Source: Nitrospira sp. (GTDB lineage Bacteria; Nitrospirota; Thermodesulfovibrionia; UBA6902). From it: DNA of 64,000 bases. Both the position numbers and the translations under genes were made by a program. Location of the stretch: positions 8,746 through 72,745 of the forward strand of contig JADHUV010000009.1 in assembly GCA_016784355.1 (NCBI GenBank), given 5' to 3'. Positions 49,015 to 59,453 of this stretch are shown here, in pieces (the first letter of the stretch is position 1; each line of letters begins with the position of its first letter). A model generated the notes under the pieces. That model made no database searches. It was not told where the DNA came from and worked only from the letters and a program-made list of their open reading frames with translations.

Positions 49015-52000
49015 ATGAGTGATTATCTGGATACAGGCAAGAGCATAATGATTTCTGCGCCGGCCGGTTCAGGCAAGACCGAAAAGCTTGCGAGGCGTTA
49101 TATCTCATTGCTTGGCAGCGGGGTTCCGGTGGAGAGAATCCTGGCGGTCACTTTTACGGATAAGGCAGCGGCAGAGATGAAGCAGCGCATTCTAAGGATT
49201 CTCGGTCGTGAGGATAAGGTTTTGTTTGCCAGTCTCAGAGAAAGGCTGCCAATGATGCGGGTTTGTACTATTCACTCTTTCTGCGGTTCATTGCTAAGGC
49301 GTTTTGCCTTTGATGCCACTGTCGATCCAGGGTATACAGTAAGCGATGCTGTTGAAGCGGAAATGATCTGGGAGGGGGTGCTCTATGATGTCCTGATGCA
49401 GGCAGAGTCTGATCCGCAGCAGAAAGTATTCTTTCAGCATATTCTGAGCGAAAAGGGCTTCCGGGGTCTGCATTATTTCAGAGACACCATGAATGGCCTG
49501 TATGCTAGAATGCCGTTCTCTCTGGAAGCAGGGCTATGTGAGATATCCGATGAGATCTCTGAATCTGATATTGAGGAGTTACGGTTATGGGAGGGAGTAA
49601 GCAGTACGCTTGACTGGTATGAGGGCTATATAACCGGCGCCTCCCCCGGTCTTACATCGACAATGGAGGGCATGTTTCTGACATCTGTGAAAGAACCCCG
49701 AAAAAGGGCGGTAGCAGAATTAAAGCATGTACCTGATTACGGTGCCTGGGCGGAACTTATGCACAGGTTTTGGCGTGATGCGCAAACTAAGGTAAACCGT
49801 GTAAGGGCCGCAGAGATGCTGGATATTTTCCATAAGTGTCTCTCACGCTACACGGCATTTAAAAAGTCACGGAGTATCCTGGATTTCAGTGACCTGGAAT
49901 ATCTGGCCTGCCGGATGCTGATGGATAACCCGGAGTGGGCCAATATTCTCTATGCCTTTGATGAAAACACAGACCATCTTCTGGTAGATGAGTTTCAGGA
50001 TACGAACAGTTTCCAATGGGCCATTATAGACCGCCTTACCGAGGAGTGGAGGGCCGGGATGGGTTCTAAGCGGGAAGGGGGAATAAGGCCGACAGCTTTT
50101 TTTGTTGGAGATGTAAAGCAGTCAATATATTTCTTCCGTGGTGCCAATGTAGAGATATTTCACGGCGCCAGGGAGAAAATGGAAAAATGGCTCGCTGATG
50201 AATTTAACTACATTGAGGTAAAGGAAAATTACAGGAGCAGGCCGGCCATTATAGATTTTACGAACAGGGTTTTTTCCAGGATCATGAAGACCGGAGACAG
50301 CGGTGCCCCCTGGGAGTCCCGTTATACGGAGTTTGTGGCATGCAAGCCGGGTTCTGGTGAAGCCGGCAGTGTGGAAATTATTATTTTGCCTGAGGAGAAA
50401 ATTCCTGTTGCAGAGGCAAAAAAGAATGAGGGAGATTTAATCGCACGCCGCATAAAAGGATTGGCCGGTACTCACATGGTAGCGGACAGCGCTTCTGGCA
50501 GACAACGGCCCTGTACATATTCTGATATTGCAATATTGCTGAGTAAGAGGACTCATTTAAGTGGATATGAGCAGGCTCTGAGGAAACATAATATCCCTTT
50601 TGTAGCGGTCAAGGGAGTCGGGTTTTATCAGGAGTATGAGATAGGTCTGCTGAGGTCACTGATTTATTTTTTGACCAATCCCTCTGATGATTACAGCTTA
50701 TATGTACTATTGAAGGGGCCGTTTTTTGTGATGAGGGAGAAGACTGTTCTTGGTCTGGTAAATATTCAGGGTGGCTCTTTGTATGACAAGATATGCAGTG
50801 CGGATGGACTGGAGGCAGCCGGGATATTGCAAAAGTGGCGTGCCTGGCTGAAAACCAGATATCTCTCAGAGATTATCGGGACTGCAATGGTTGAGACAGG
50901 AGCCTGGCGTTATTTCCATACTCCTCAGCAGCGGGCTAATATAATAAAGTTCATAAGTATACTTGAGGGGCTTGAGTCAGATGGGAAGTCCATGATAATG
51001 ATCAGGGATTTTCTTGAAAAAACGGAAAGCAAAAATCAGGAGCCCAAGGCTAATGTGAGCGTCAGGGGAATGGAGGCTGTAAAGATAATGACCGTGCATG
51101 CCTCTAAAGGCCTTGAGTTTCCTATAGTTATATTGCCGGGACTGGAGGAGGCGTTTTCGGCCAGGGCGGGCGAGAGTCTTGTATTTGAGCGGGAAGGCAG
51201 CTTTTTCTATAAGTATGAATCGGAAGCCTCGCTGAGAAAACTGGATGAGGATTATATATTACAGGCCGCACGGGAGATGGAGGAGCAGAAGAGGCTGTTT
51301 TATGTCGCGGCAACAAGGGCGGAAGAGGCGCTGGTCCTGGTCGGACGGTGGACTGAAAGGGACAATAATTGCATGGCATATCTAAGAAAGGGGCTTGGCC
51401 TTCAGCTTAATGATGGCGGGGTTACAGTGTCTGATGACTTTGAGGGTCTATCGATATTGAGTGAAGAAGATGTGGCAATGCTGTATAGTCACAGCACTGT
51501 ATCCGGGGAATCTGCCCGGCCTGAAAAGACCATAGCCGTGCTTGCTTCTCCTGTATCAGTGCGCACACCCTGGGTCAGCGTGACGGCGGAACAGGAGATC
51601 ACGAATGCACTCGACAGCGATTCCGGAGGGCTTGGTGATCTTATACATCGATTACTGGAAAAGGTCTCCCTGGGCTTGCTTCAGGAAAAGGATATTTTGT
51701 CAGACGCTGGTATTATGCTGGAATTAACGGGTTATTTTTCTGAGCTGAAAGAAAAGAAACTGTGTATCATTTCTAATGAGATTAAGGTGATGAAGGCAAG
51801 CGGTGCGTGGGAAGAAATAGTAGTACCGCGTAAAGATTCTTTTGCTGAGCTTCCATTTGTTCTGCGCAGCGGAAGCGTAGTATACAGCGGCAGAATAGAC
51901 CGCGTGATACGCTCGGGAAGTACATACAATATTTATGATTATAAGACGTTTCCGGTGAACAAGGCAGATTTAAAAGAGGTAAGCAAGGCATATAGTGAAC

Positions 52001-52104
52001 AGCTTCGGATATACAGGATGGCGGTTGAGAGACTCTTCGGTGTGTCCGGGGTGAAAACCTTTTTGGTCTTTACCGGCAGCGGAGATGTACTGGAGGTGAA
52101 ATAG
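49015..52104 (+). CDS. addA: AddA-like UvrD/REP helicase with C-terminal RecB-type nuclease
   Basis: 1029 aa; Walker A APAGSGKT; UvrD motifs; C-terminal nuclease DYKT. Confidence 0.7.
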   Translation: MSDYLDTGKSIMISAPAGSGKTEKLARRYISLLGSGVPVERILAVTFTDKAAAEMKQRILRILGREDKVLFASLRERLPMMRVCTIHSFCGSLLRRFAFDATVDPGYTVSDAVEAEMIWEGVLYDVLMQAESDPQQKVFFQHILSEKGFRGLHYFRDTMNGLYARMPFSLEAGLCEISDEISESDIEELRLWEGVSSTLDWYEGYITGASPGLTSTMEGMFLTSVKEPRKRAVAELKHVPDYGAWAELMHRFWRDAQTKVNRVRAAEMLDIFHKCLSRYTAFKKSRSILDFSDLEYLACRMLMDNPEWANILYAFDENTDHLLVDEFQDTNSFQWAIIDRLTEEWRAGMGSKREGGIRPTAFFVGDVKQSIYFFRGANVEIFHGAREKMEKWLADEFNYIEVKENYRSRPAIIDFTNRVFSRIMKTGDSGAPWESRYTEFVACKPGSGEAGSVEIIILPEEKIPVAEAKKNEGDLIARRIKGLAGTHMVADSASGRQRPCTYSDIAILLSKRTHLSGYEQALRKHNIPFVAVKGVGFYQEYEIGLLRSLIYFLTNPSDDYSLYVLLKGPFFVMREKTVLGLVNIQGGSLYDKICSADGLEAAGILQKWRAWLKTRYLSEIIGTAMVETGAWRYFHTPQQRANIIKFISILEGLESDGKSMIMIRDFLEKTESKNQEPKANVSVRGMEAVKIMTVHASKGLEFPIVILPGLEEAFSARAGESLVFEREGSFFYKYESEASLRKLDEDYILQAAREMEEQKRLFYVAATRAEEALVLVGRWTERDNNCMAYLRKGLGLQLNDGGVTVSDDFEGLSILSEEDVAMLYSHSTVSGESARPEKTIAVLASPVSVRTPWVSVTAEQEITNALDSDSGGLGDLIHRLLEKVSLGLLQEKDILSDAGIMLELTGYFSELKEKKLCIISNEIKVMKASGAWEEIVVPRKDSFAELPFVLRSGSVVYSGRIDRVIRSGSTYNIYDYKTFPVNKADLKEVSKAYSEQLRIYRMAVERLFGVSGVKTFLVFTGSGDVLEVK

Positions 52105-52865
52105 TGGGAAGACCGCTTGGGCAGCATTTTCTTTTTGATAAAAATATACTGAAAAAGATAATCAGGTATTCGGGAATAACAAAAAAAGATACGGTTGTTG
52201 AGATCGGGCCTGGACTCGGTCCGCTGACAGCCCTGCTTGCTGAAAGTGCGGGGAGGGTGGTGGCGCTGGAAAAGGACCGGAAGCTCATAGACCGGCTTTC
52301 TGAAAATCTTAAGGGGTATGACAATGTCGAGATCGTAAGCACGGATGCCCTGAAGTATCCATACGAAACACTTGGTGATAGTTTCAGGGTGGTTGCAAAT
52401 ATACCCTATTACATTACCACTCCGATAATCTTTAATCTGCTTGAATACCGGGCCTCGCTTAAAAGTATGACCCTGCTGATGCAGAAGGAGGTAGGGAGGC
52501 GAATTGTTGCAGTGCCGCCCGGCCGTGAGTACGGTGTACTCTCGATTTCTACGCAGCTATATACCCGTCCTGAGCTTAAGTTTACGGTCTCCAGGAAGGC
52601 CTTCTCTCCGCCGCCGGCAGTTGATTCTGCTGTTGTTCATTTCGATGTTTCGCCGGTGCCCTTGTATGATGTGGGGGATGCACAGTTGTTTCGCTCTATA
52701 GTGAAGGCCTGTTTTTCTCAGCGCAGAAAAACCATTCTCAATGGTCTGAAGGCCTTTGAGGGAATCAGGGAGGCACTGGATGCAGCTGGTATTGATCCTG
52801 TTGTCAGGCCGGAAACGCTCTCCATAGACAAGTTTGCAGATCTTGCCCGATGTCTGCGTAAGTAA
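52104..52865 (+). CDS. rsmA: 16S rRNA (adenine1518/1519-N6)-dimethyltransferase RsmA/KsgA
   Basis: 253 aa; LGQHFL N-terminus; SAM motif EIGPGLGPLT. Confidence 0.9.
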   Translation: MGRPLGQHFLFDKNILKKIIRYSGITKKDTVVEIGPGLGPLTALLAESAGRVVALEKDRKLIDRLSENLKGYDNVEIVSTDALKYPYETLGDSFRVVANIPYYITTPIIFNLLEYRASLKSMTLLMQKEVGRRIVAVPPGREYGVLSISTQLYTRPELKFTVSRKAFSPPPAVDSAVVHFDVSPVPLYDVGDAQLFRSIVKACFSQRRKTILNGLKAFEGIREALDAAGIDPVVRPETLSIDKFADLARCLRK

Positions 52866-53101
52866 ATTTTTTTTACAGCCTCTCGAGAACACTTTTTGTG
52901 TATAATTGTCATAGCAAATTCAATGCCTGATTACTGTAAATATGTTTTACAGTAGGCGTTTTATGTCCCTGTAACCTACGCTTTTATTGGTTTTGCGAGA
53001 TATATTTATGTGTAAATATCCTTTACAATCAAGCAGGAACCCCCTCTGTGTGCTGTTTTTGAAACTTTTTTAACACCCCCTAAAGTAAATTTCTTTTACA
53101 G
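52862..53101. promoter_or_regulatory. array of four phased palindromic operator-like sites (W)GTAAA-N5-TTTAC(A) at 52862-76, 52932-54, 53011-27 and 53085-99, about 74-bp spacing, upstream of the S8 protease
   Basis: read directly from sequence: TACTGTAAA-tatgt-TTTACAGTA; TGTAAA-tatcc-TTTACA; GTAAA-tttct-TTTAC; GTAAA-ttttt-TTTAC. Confidence 0.5.
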
Positions 53102-53177
53102 CCGAAGAAGAGTTACTAAGAGCCTGAAAGCCGGAAAGGCCTCAAGGCAAATGAGATGAAATTAGGGAGGTAGTCCT

Positions 53178-55367
53178 GTGTATAATCGAATGGTTCGTGT
53201 ACTTTCTTGTATGGCAGTTGTGCTGATACTGGCCGGTTATTTTTCATTCGCTTATGCAGAGTATGTGCCGGGTGAGGTTCTGGTTAAGTACAGGGACGGC
53301 AGCATGATATCTGAGAGTACGCTTTCCGAGGATGCCGGAATACAGCAGAAAAAGGATTTCCGTGCGATCCGGCTGCATCACATGGCGCTTCCGGAAAATA
53401 TGTCAGTGCAAGAGGCAATAGCAATTTATCAGCAGGATCCCAATGTTGAGTATGCAGAGCCCAATTATATTGTTGAAATAAATACTATTCCGGATGATAC
53501 TGATTTTACAGGTTTGTGGGGCATGCACAATGAAGGACAGACTGGGGGAGCAGTAGATGCGGATATTGATGCCCCTGAGGCCTGGGAACTTACTGTCGGA
53601 TCCGAAGATGTCATTGTGGCGGTAGTTGATACAGGGGTGGTTTATACACATCCGGACCTTAGTGCAAATATATGGACGAATTCCGGAGAAACCAGCTGCG
53701 TCGATGGTATTGACAATGATGGTAACGGCTATATTGATGATTGTAATGGCTGGGATTTTGTCGGCAGTGATAATGATCCTACAGACTATAATGGACATGG
53801 CACGCATGTAGCCGGAACTATTGCTGCGGTAGGAAATAATGCAGACGGCGTTAGCGGTGTGATGTGGAGAGCAAAGATTATGCCTCTTAGATTCCTGGGT
53901 GTAAATGGCACAGGCACTACCGCAGATGCTGTATCAGCGATACTTTATGCCTCTGCCAATGGCGCTCATGTTATAAACAATAGCTGGGGCGGCGGTGGAT
54001 ATAGTCAGGCATTGAAGGATGCTATAGATGCATCAGATACGGTGGTGGTATGCGCTGCCGGCAATAGTGGCAGTAATGTTGAGAGCACTCCATTTTATCC
54101 CGCCAGTTACACGAGTTCCAATATTATCTCTGTTGCCGCTACAGACCACAATGATCAATTGGCTGCTTTTTCCAATTATGGCATTACGTCCGTAGATATA
54201 GCCGCCCCCGGCGCTGGTATATACAGCACTGTACCGGTAATTGGCTATGGGGCACCGGTTACTGTTTACAGTCAACAGAGTTTTGAGGGTGCCTCCGGTG
54301 AACTTCCGCTGCTGGGCTGGAACCGGGGCGGAGCAAATTCCTCCTGGTCAGTTACGAGCGGTACCGGTACAGATGGAAGTAACAGCCTTGAGGACAGTCC
54401 CGGGGCTGACTATAGTAACAGCACTGGCTCCTGGGCAGGTTATATGACCCCGATAACCTCGGTGAAGGACAATATATACACTCTAACATTCAGCTGGAAG
54501 GGTGAGCTGGAAAATTATTTTGATTATCTGGATATTAACTATTCTCTGGACGGAAGCTCCTGGGACTGGGTTGATTACCGTACGGGCAGCACCAGTGGAG
54601 ATTTTGAGTCAGACTCCTCTGAGGATCTTACAAGCATTGCGGAGTCTTATGATGAATTTTATTTTGGCTTCGGTATTACTGCTGATAGCTCCGTAACCAG
54701 CGAGGGTGTGAGCATTGATGATATTGAATTAACTAGAACTCCTCTGCGGATTAGCAGTTACGGCTATTCAAGTTATAACGGGACATCCATGGCCGCTCCT
54801 CATGTGGCCGGGGTTGCAGGGCTTGTCAAGGCGCTGCATCCGGAATTTTCCAATCTGCAGATTCGGAGTGCGATAATAAACAGCGTAGATGTAAAAGCGG
54901 ATCTGGTGGGAAGTATCGCAACCGGAGGCAGACTGAATGCCTATGGGGCCCTTGTTGAAACGAATATCGATGTTATCAGTGATGGCAGCGGTGACAGTGA
55001 AACTGTTGTAGTGCCGGGAAGCAACTCAGGTATAGTTGAGGCAGCAGCCGGCGGTGGCGGCGGCGGTGGCGGCTGTTTTATCGCAACTGCGGCATACGGA
55101 AGTTTTATGCACCCGTATGTCAGGGATCTCAGAGAGTTCAGGGATGATTATTTATTGAGCAATTATCCGGGCAGGCTTTTTGTATATATGTATTACAAGT
55201 ACTCACCGCCTGTAGCGAATATTATAAAAGACAGCGAAGGCCTGCGGTTTGCATCAAGGATATTGCTGGCTCCAGTTGTTGCAGCAGTTACGATGCCTTA
55301 CCATGTACTGACATTAATGCTTGCAGGGGGTTTCATCTATATGCTCCGCCGCCGCAGAGTCCGGTAG
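53178..55367 (+). CDS. secreted subtilisin-like serine protease (S8) with inserted domain and Gly-run / CFIATAAYGS / TM / RRRR C-terminal tail
   Basis: signal peptide; catalytic D (VAVVDTGV), H (HGTHVAGT), S (GTSMAAPHVAG); about 170-aa insert between oxyanion Asn and Ser; C-terminal GGGGGGGGCFIATAAYGS...TM...RRRRVR. Confidence 0.85.
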   Translation: MYNRMVRVLSCMAVVLILAGYFSFAYAEYVPGEVLVKYRDGSMISESTLSEDAGIQQKKDFRAIRLHHMALPENMSVQEAIAIYQQDPNVEYAEPNYIVEINTIPDDTDFTGLWGMHNEGQTGGAVDADIDAPEAWELTVGSEDVIVAVVDTGVVYTHPDLSANIWTNSGETSCVDGIDNDGNGYIDDCNGWDFVGSDNDPTDYNGHGTHVAGTIAAVGNNADGVSGVMWRAKIMPLRFLGVNGTGTTADAVSAILYASANGAHVINNSWGGGGYSQALKDAIDASDTVVVCAAGNSGSNVESTPFYPASYTSSNIISVAATDHNDQLAAFSNYGITSVDIAAPGAGIYSTVPVIGYGAPVTVYSQQSFEGASGELPLLGWNRGGANSSWSVTSGTGTDGSNSLEDSPGADYSNSTGSWAGYMTPITSVKDNIYTLTFSWKGELENYFDYLDINYSLDGSSWDWVDYRTGSTSGDFESDSSEDLTSIAESYDEFYFGFGITADSSVTSEGVSIDDIELTRTPLRISSYGYSSYNGTSMAAPHVAGVAGLVKALHPEFSNLQIRSAIINSVDVKADLVGSIATGGRLNAYGALVETNIDVISDGSGDSETVVVPGSNSGIVEAAAGGGGGGGGCFIATAAYGSFMHPYVRDLREFRDDYLLSNYPGRLFVYMYYKYSPPVANIIKDSEGLRFASRILLAPVVAAVTMPYHVLTLMLAGGFIYMLRRRRVR

Positions 55368-55521
55368 GGCGTTACCTTTAATCACAGACATACTCACGTT
55401 TGAATTGGCATACACTTTTTGCGTATATTAGGTGCTGCAGAATGATACTGCATTCATTTAATTAGTCCTGAATTGCGGGTGGCCAACATTCAAATGCTAG
55501 CCATATTACTTTATTACTTTT

Positions 55522-57393
55522 ATGAACATAGATAAAAAATACGATATTCTTGTCATTGGTGCCGGACATGCCGGATGTGAAGCGGCCCTTGCCTCTGCAC
55601 GCATGGGACTGAAGACGGCTATTTTTACTATAAATGCTGATAATATCGGGCAGATGTCCTGCAACCCCGCGATTGGAGGTCTTGCCAAAAGTCATCTGGT
55701 CAAAGAGATAGATGCACTGGGCGGTGAGATGGCCAGGATCACTGATAAGGCCGGCATACAGTTTAAGGTATTAAACCGTAGCAAGGGCCCGGCGGTCTGG
55801 GCTACTCGCGTGCAGGCTGACAGGGCTCTTTACCGCAGGCATATGAAGGACTCGCTTGAGCAGCAGGAGAGGCTTGATATTGTTTCGGAGAGCGTGGAGG
55901 AGATCCTGGTTGCGGATGGTCTGATAACTGGTATCAAAAGTTCACTTTGTCAGTACAGTGCCGAAGCGGTGATTATTGCAACCGGTACATTTTTAAATGG
56001 ACTGATTCATATTGGAAGAAAGAGTAAGCCTGCTGGCAGGGCAGGTGAGCCGCCTTCGCTGAATCTCTCAAAAAGTCTTTCGGAAAAAGGTTTCCGCATC
56101 GGTCGATTAAAGACCGGAACTCCACCCAGGATAGCCAGAGATTCTATAGATTTTTCAGTGATGGAGGTGCAGGATGGTGAGGTTCCGCCTCCGCCAATGT
56201 CATTGTTTACGGATGAGATTGTAAACACCCAGCTTCCCTGCTATATGACTTTTACTAATGAGAATACGCACAGGATCATAAGGGATAATCTTGACTCCTC
56301 ACCATTATACAGCGGAGTTATTAAGGGTATAGGTCCCAGATACTGCCCGTCCATCGAGGACAAGATAGTGAAATTTTCCGATAAGTCCCGTCATCAGGTA
56401 TTTCTAGAGCCGGAGGGTATTGATAGTGATGAATACTACGTCAACGGCATATCCACAAGCATGCCTGAAGAGGTTCAGCTGCAGATGGTCAGGAGTATCA
56501 GCGGGCTTGAAAATGCAGTGATAAATAAACCCGGTTATGCGATTGAATATGATTTTGTCTATCCGACTCAGCTGCACCTGACGCTCGAGACAAAACTCGT
56601 TCAGGGGCTTTATCTGGCCGGGCAGATTAATGGGACCTCCGGATATGAAGAGGCCGCAGCTCAGGGCCTGCTTGCCGGTATAAATGCGGCGCTTAAGATT
56701 AAGAAAAAAGCCCCCTTTATCCTTGGCCGGGATGAGGCATATGCCGGAGTGCTTATAGATGATCTGGTTACAAAAGGGACGAGTGAGCCCTATCGTATGT
56801 TTACCTCCAGGGCAGAGTACAGGCTTCTGCTAAGGCAGGATAATGCAGATCTTCGTCTTCTGGAAAAAGGACACGGACTCGGTCTAATCAGCGATGAACA
56901 GTATGAGCAGTTTCTATCCAGAAAGGACGCAATATTCCGTGAGCTTTTGAGGATAAAAAAAGTTATGGTCAGGCCGGAGCAGATTAATCCTTTGCTTGAT
57001 GCCAGGGGCGGCTCTATTATTAGTGAGAGCGCTGCTTTTTATAAGCTGCTGAAGCGGCCTGAATTATCTTATGCAGACATCGCTTCTGTGGTGAACACGG
57101 AGGAATTGGCGCCCGAGGTGATTAATCAGGTAGAGATACAGGCGAAATACAGCGGTTATGTCAGAAAGCAGGCAGAGCAGGCGGAAAAGTTCAGAAAGGT
57201 GGAGGACAGGATTATTCCTGAGGAAATTAATTACTCAGAAGTAAGCGGATTGTCCAGAGAGATCCTCGAAAAACTTCTGGAGGTCAGGCCTCTTAATATA
57301 GGTCAGGCTGGCAGGATTCCTGGTGTGACACCTGCGGCCGTATCTGCATTGATGATAGCTGTCAGCAGGATGAGTCGAGAAGAAAAGAAGTAA
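55522..57393 (+). CDS. mnmG: tRNA uridine-5-carboxymethylaminomethyl modification enzyme MnmG (GidA)
   Basis: 623 aa; FAD motif [12 protein letters not shown]; GidA family throughout. Confidence 0.9.
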   Translation: MNIDKKYDILVIGAGHAGCEAALASARMGLKTAIFTINADNIGQMSCNPAIGGLAKSHLVKEIDALGGEMARITDKAGIQFKVLNRSKGPAVWATRVQADRALYRRHMKDSLEQQERLDIVSESVEEILVADGLITGIKSSLCQYSAEAVIIATGTFLNGLIHIGRKSKPAGRAGEPPSLNLSKSLSEKGFRIGRLKTGTPPRIARDSIDFSVMEVQDGEVPPPPMSLFTDEIVNTQLPCYMTFTNENTHRIIRDNLDSSPLYSGVIKGIGPRYCPSIEDKIVKFSDKSRHQVFLEPEGIDSDEYYVNGISTSMPEEVQLQMVRSISGLENAVINKPGYAIEYDFVYPTQLHLTLETKLVQGLYLAGQINGTSGYEEAAAQGLLAGINAALKIKKKAPFILGRDEAYAGVLIDDLVTKGTSEPYRMFTSRAEYRLLLRQDNADLRLLEKGHGLGLISDEQYEQFLSRKDAIFRELLRIKKVMVRPEQINPLLDARGGSIISESAAFYKLLKRPELSYADIASVVNTEELAPEVINQVEIQAKYSGYVRKQAEQAEKFRKVEDRIIPEEINYSEVSGLSREILEKLLEVRPLNIGQAGRIPGVTPAAVSALMIAVSRMSREEKK

Positions 57394-57416
57394 GCGCCAG
57401 ATTTGTTAATAAAAAA

Positions 57417-57459
57417 AGCCGGCATTTTCTTGTTATTGGTCAAACAGAAAATGCCGGCT
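57417..57459. terminator. bidirectional terminator: 13-bp stem AGCCGGCATTTTC...GAAAATGCCGGCT, A-run upstream and T-rich downstream
   Basis: perfect 13-bp inverted repeat; minus-strand reading is followed by TTTTTTTATT. Confidence 0.65.
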
Positions 57460-57468
57460 TCATATTAT

Positions 57469-58041
57469 TTAATGCTCGTGTTTAAGCGGGAAATGTTCAT
57501 GAACATTCTTTAGCCTTTCTTTGAAATCAAACTTGTACTTTGGATCAAGTTTTTCATTGAAAGGACTTTTGCCGCCGTGACATCGCAGGCAGATTGCTTC
57601 ACTTTCAGAAGGAATCTGCAGCCCTGCAGCCTTTACATCAGCCAGTTTATGCTTTTTGTCTTTCTTCATTATCTTGGAATAATCGCTGCCTGCACCATGA
57701 CATGATTCACACTGAACTCCCGCGAGTTTTGGAGTTGCCTCGATGCTGGTAAAGCCGGTGGCCTCGCCGTAGCCGGTTGTATGGCATTCAAGGCACTCAG
57801 GATCTGCGGTGTAATCCTTTGCAGGATCGAGCCCTGCCTTTGTCTTTTCCTCTGCTTTTATTCCGGGTTTCAGGTTTTCAAAGCTGTTAGCCATGGAAGT
57901 TTCATTCCATGACTTAAACTGCTTTATGTGACATGCCTTGCATTTTTTTGCTCCGATATAATCGGCATTAGCGTCTACGGCTGAAAAGTACAGCGATAAA
58001 ATGAATACGGATACTGCAATTGATAATAATTTTTTCACCAA
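57469..58041 (-). CDS. periplasmic tetrahaem c-type cytochrome
   Basis: 190 aa; signal peptide; CKACH, CLECH, CESCH, CLRCH. Confidence 0.8.
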   Translation of the reverse strand: MVKKLLSIAVSVFILSLYFSAVDANADYIGAKKCKACHIKQFKSWNETSMANSFENLKPGIKAEEKTKAGLDPAKDYTADPECLECHTTGYGEATGFTSIEATPKLAGVQCESCHGAGSDYSKIMKKDKKHKLADVKAAGLQIPSESEAICLRCHGGKSPFNEKLDPKYKFDFKERLKNVHEHFPLKHEH

Positions 58042-58129
58042 TTCACCTCTTTAAGATAGATTTTTTTCTTAATTTACAATAGCAATTAATTGTGAATTAT
58101 CTGTGAATAGCATATGGACAAGAAAAAAA

Positions 58130-58199
58130 TGGCGGCGGAGGCAGGATTCGAACCCACAGCCTTGCGGCCAATGGTGTTCAAGGCCCGGCACTTCCTCCA
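58130..58199 (-). pseudogene. decayed class-II tRNA (tRNA-Ser-like) copy: intact T-arm, long variable arm and 3' acceptor, but D-arm largely deleted and acceptor/anticodon stems mismatched
   Basis: reverse complement ...GCCGCAAGGC-T-GTGGG-TTCGAAT-CCTGC-CTCCGCC-G-CCA; 5' GGAGGAAG cannot pair with CTCCGCC; about 16 nt missing relative to tRNA-Ser at 59736-59821. Confidence 0.5.
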
Positions 58200-58418
58200 T
58201 GATCACCTAACCCGCTGATTCCTTTATGTTTTAAAAATTTGGCTTTTCTCTTGCATCATCTGGTGTCGGCTTAAATTAGAAAAAAATGTCTGCAGACATT
58301 TTATATGTTAAAAAGATGTGCTTTAGCCAATATATACAACGGCTATTATATTATCATGAAAGATGAAATATTTACAATCGATTGCGCCCTTCCCGCTGCC
58401 TGCTGCAGTGTACTGTCC

Positions 58419-59315
58419 TTAAGAGGGAGTGCGTAAATCTTTTATCTCGGCAGCGAACTCAGCATTGACCGCTGTCCCTGCGTCAACGGCCTCTTCGTGC
58501 CGGGCCGGCTTGATGTGTTCGCCCGGGCTGCCGCAGTAAATACAGCAATTATTCTCAAAAATTTTTTTCCTCAGTTCATCAGAAAAGCCGGACGCAAGGA
58601 CCCCGGCGGGCAGCGCAAACATCGCTATCCCGAGCATCGCTATAAATGCACCGACAATTTTTCCGGTAATGGTAATCGGATAGATATCGCCGTAGCCGAC
58701 AGTGGTCAGGGTGGCGACTCCCCACCACATTGCCGCCGGAATACTCGAAAAAGCCTCCGGCTGGGACTCGTGTTCAAGAAAGTAAATGAGGCTTGATGAG
58801 ATAATCAGAAGCATAAACAGGATAAAGGCGTTTACTGCCAGCCCCTCTTTTTTTGCTCTAAGTACATTGTTAAGCGTTTTAAAAGACTCAGAATAACGGC
58901 CGAGTTTAAACAGACGGAAAAGTCTGAACAGCCTTACAGCCCTGAGTATCCTTCCGTCAAGGTCCGCAAACAGCAGGAAGAAGGGAACTATAGCCAGCAG
59001 GTCTATTATGGCCATGGGTGTAACCATAAACCTCAGTCTTCCTATAACAGGCCTGCTGAACTTCTCGTGCACTGTGCAGGACCATACTCTCAGGATATAT
59101 TCTATGATGAAGACGGCTATGGATATAGTGTCAAGAATTATAAACAGGTGATAGTATTCAGCGTGAATGCTCTGAACCGTCTCGAGTATTACGCAGACGA
59201 CATTTATAGCGATAAGAGTGACGATGAATATGTCAAATATCCGGCTCGGAAAATCATTGTCCGAGGACTTATCCAGTATTTCGTTTACTCTCTTTTTGAT
59301 TTTGTTCTTATTCAT
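58419..59315 (-). CDS. voltage-gated K+ channel (6TM, S4 sensor, TVGYGD selectivity filter)
   Basis: S4 RAVRLFRLFRLFKLGRY; pore TTVGYGD. Confidence 0.85.
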   Translation of the reverse strand: MNKNKIKKRVNEILDKSSDNDFPSRIFDIFIVTLIAINVVCVILETVQSIHAEYYHLFIILDTISIAVFIIEYILRVWSCTVHEKFSRPVIGRLRFMVTPMAIIDLLAIVPFFLLFADLDGRILRAVRLFRLFRLFKLGRYSESFKTLNNVLRAKKEGLAVNAFILFMLLIISSSLIYFLEHESQPEAFSSIPAAMWWGVATLTTVGYGDIYPITITGKIVGAFIAMLGIAMFALPAGVLASGFSDELRKKIFENNCCIYCGSPGEHIKPARHEEAVDAGTAVNAEFAAEIKDLRTPS

Positions 59316-59453
59316 ATTTTCATATATACAGACACGGTCAATGGCCTGTATAAATATATCGAGTCAGTTTGCGATTAACTTTAATGCTCCCTGCGTTCAT
59401 CCCCATGCAAGATTGCTCAAATATCACTGGACTTCCCCCGCTTTTGTAGACAC

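Noticed and set aside
52932-52954. Reading TACTGTAAA...TTTACAGTA as a LexA (CTGT-N8-ACAG) SOS box
   Set aside because: The CTGT/ACAG spacing is 11 nt, not 8. The motif recurs four times with helical phasing, which is not an SOS-box pattern. It is treated as an unknown palindromic operator array instead.
58130-58420. Possibility that the tRNA-like 3' end at 58130 belongs to a tmRNA (ssrA) or a tRNA-Sec
   Set aside because: No 5' strand able to pair with the CTCCGCC acceptor within 350 nt. No tag-peptide reading frame ending in ...AA-stop. The anticodon-region sequence does not form a Sec-type 8/5 structure or a UCA anticodon loop. Best explained as a decayed tRNA-Ser paralogue.
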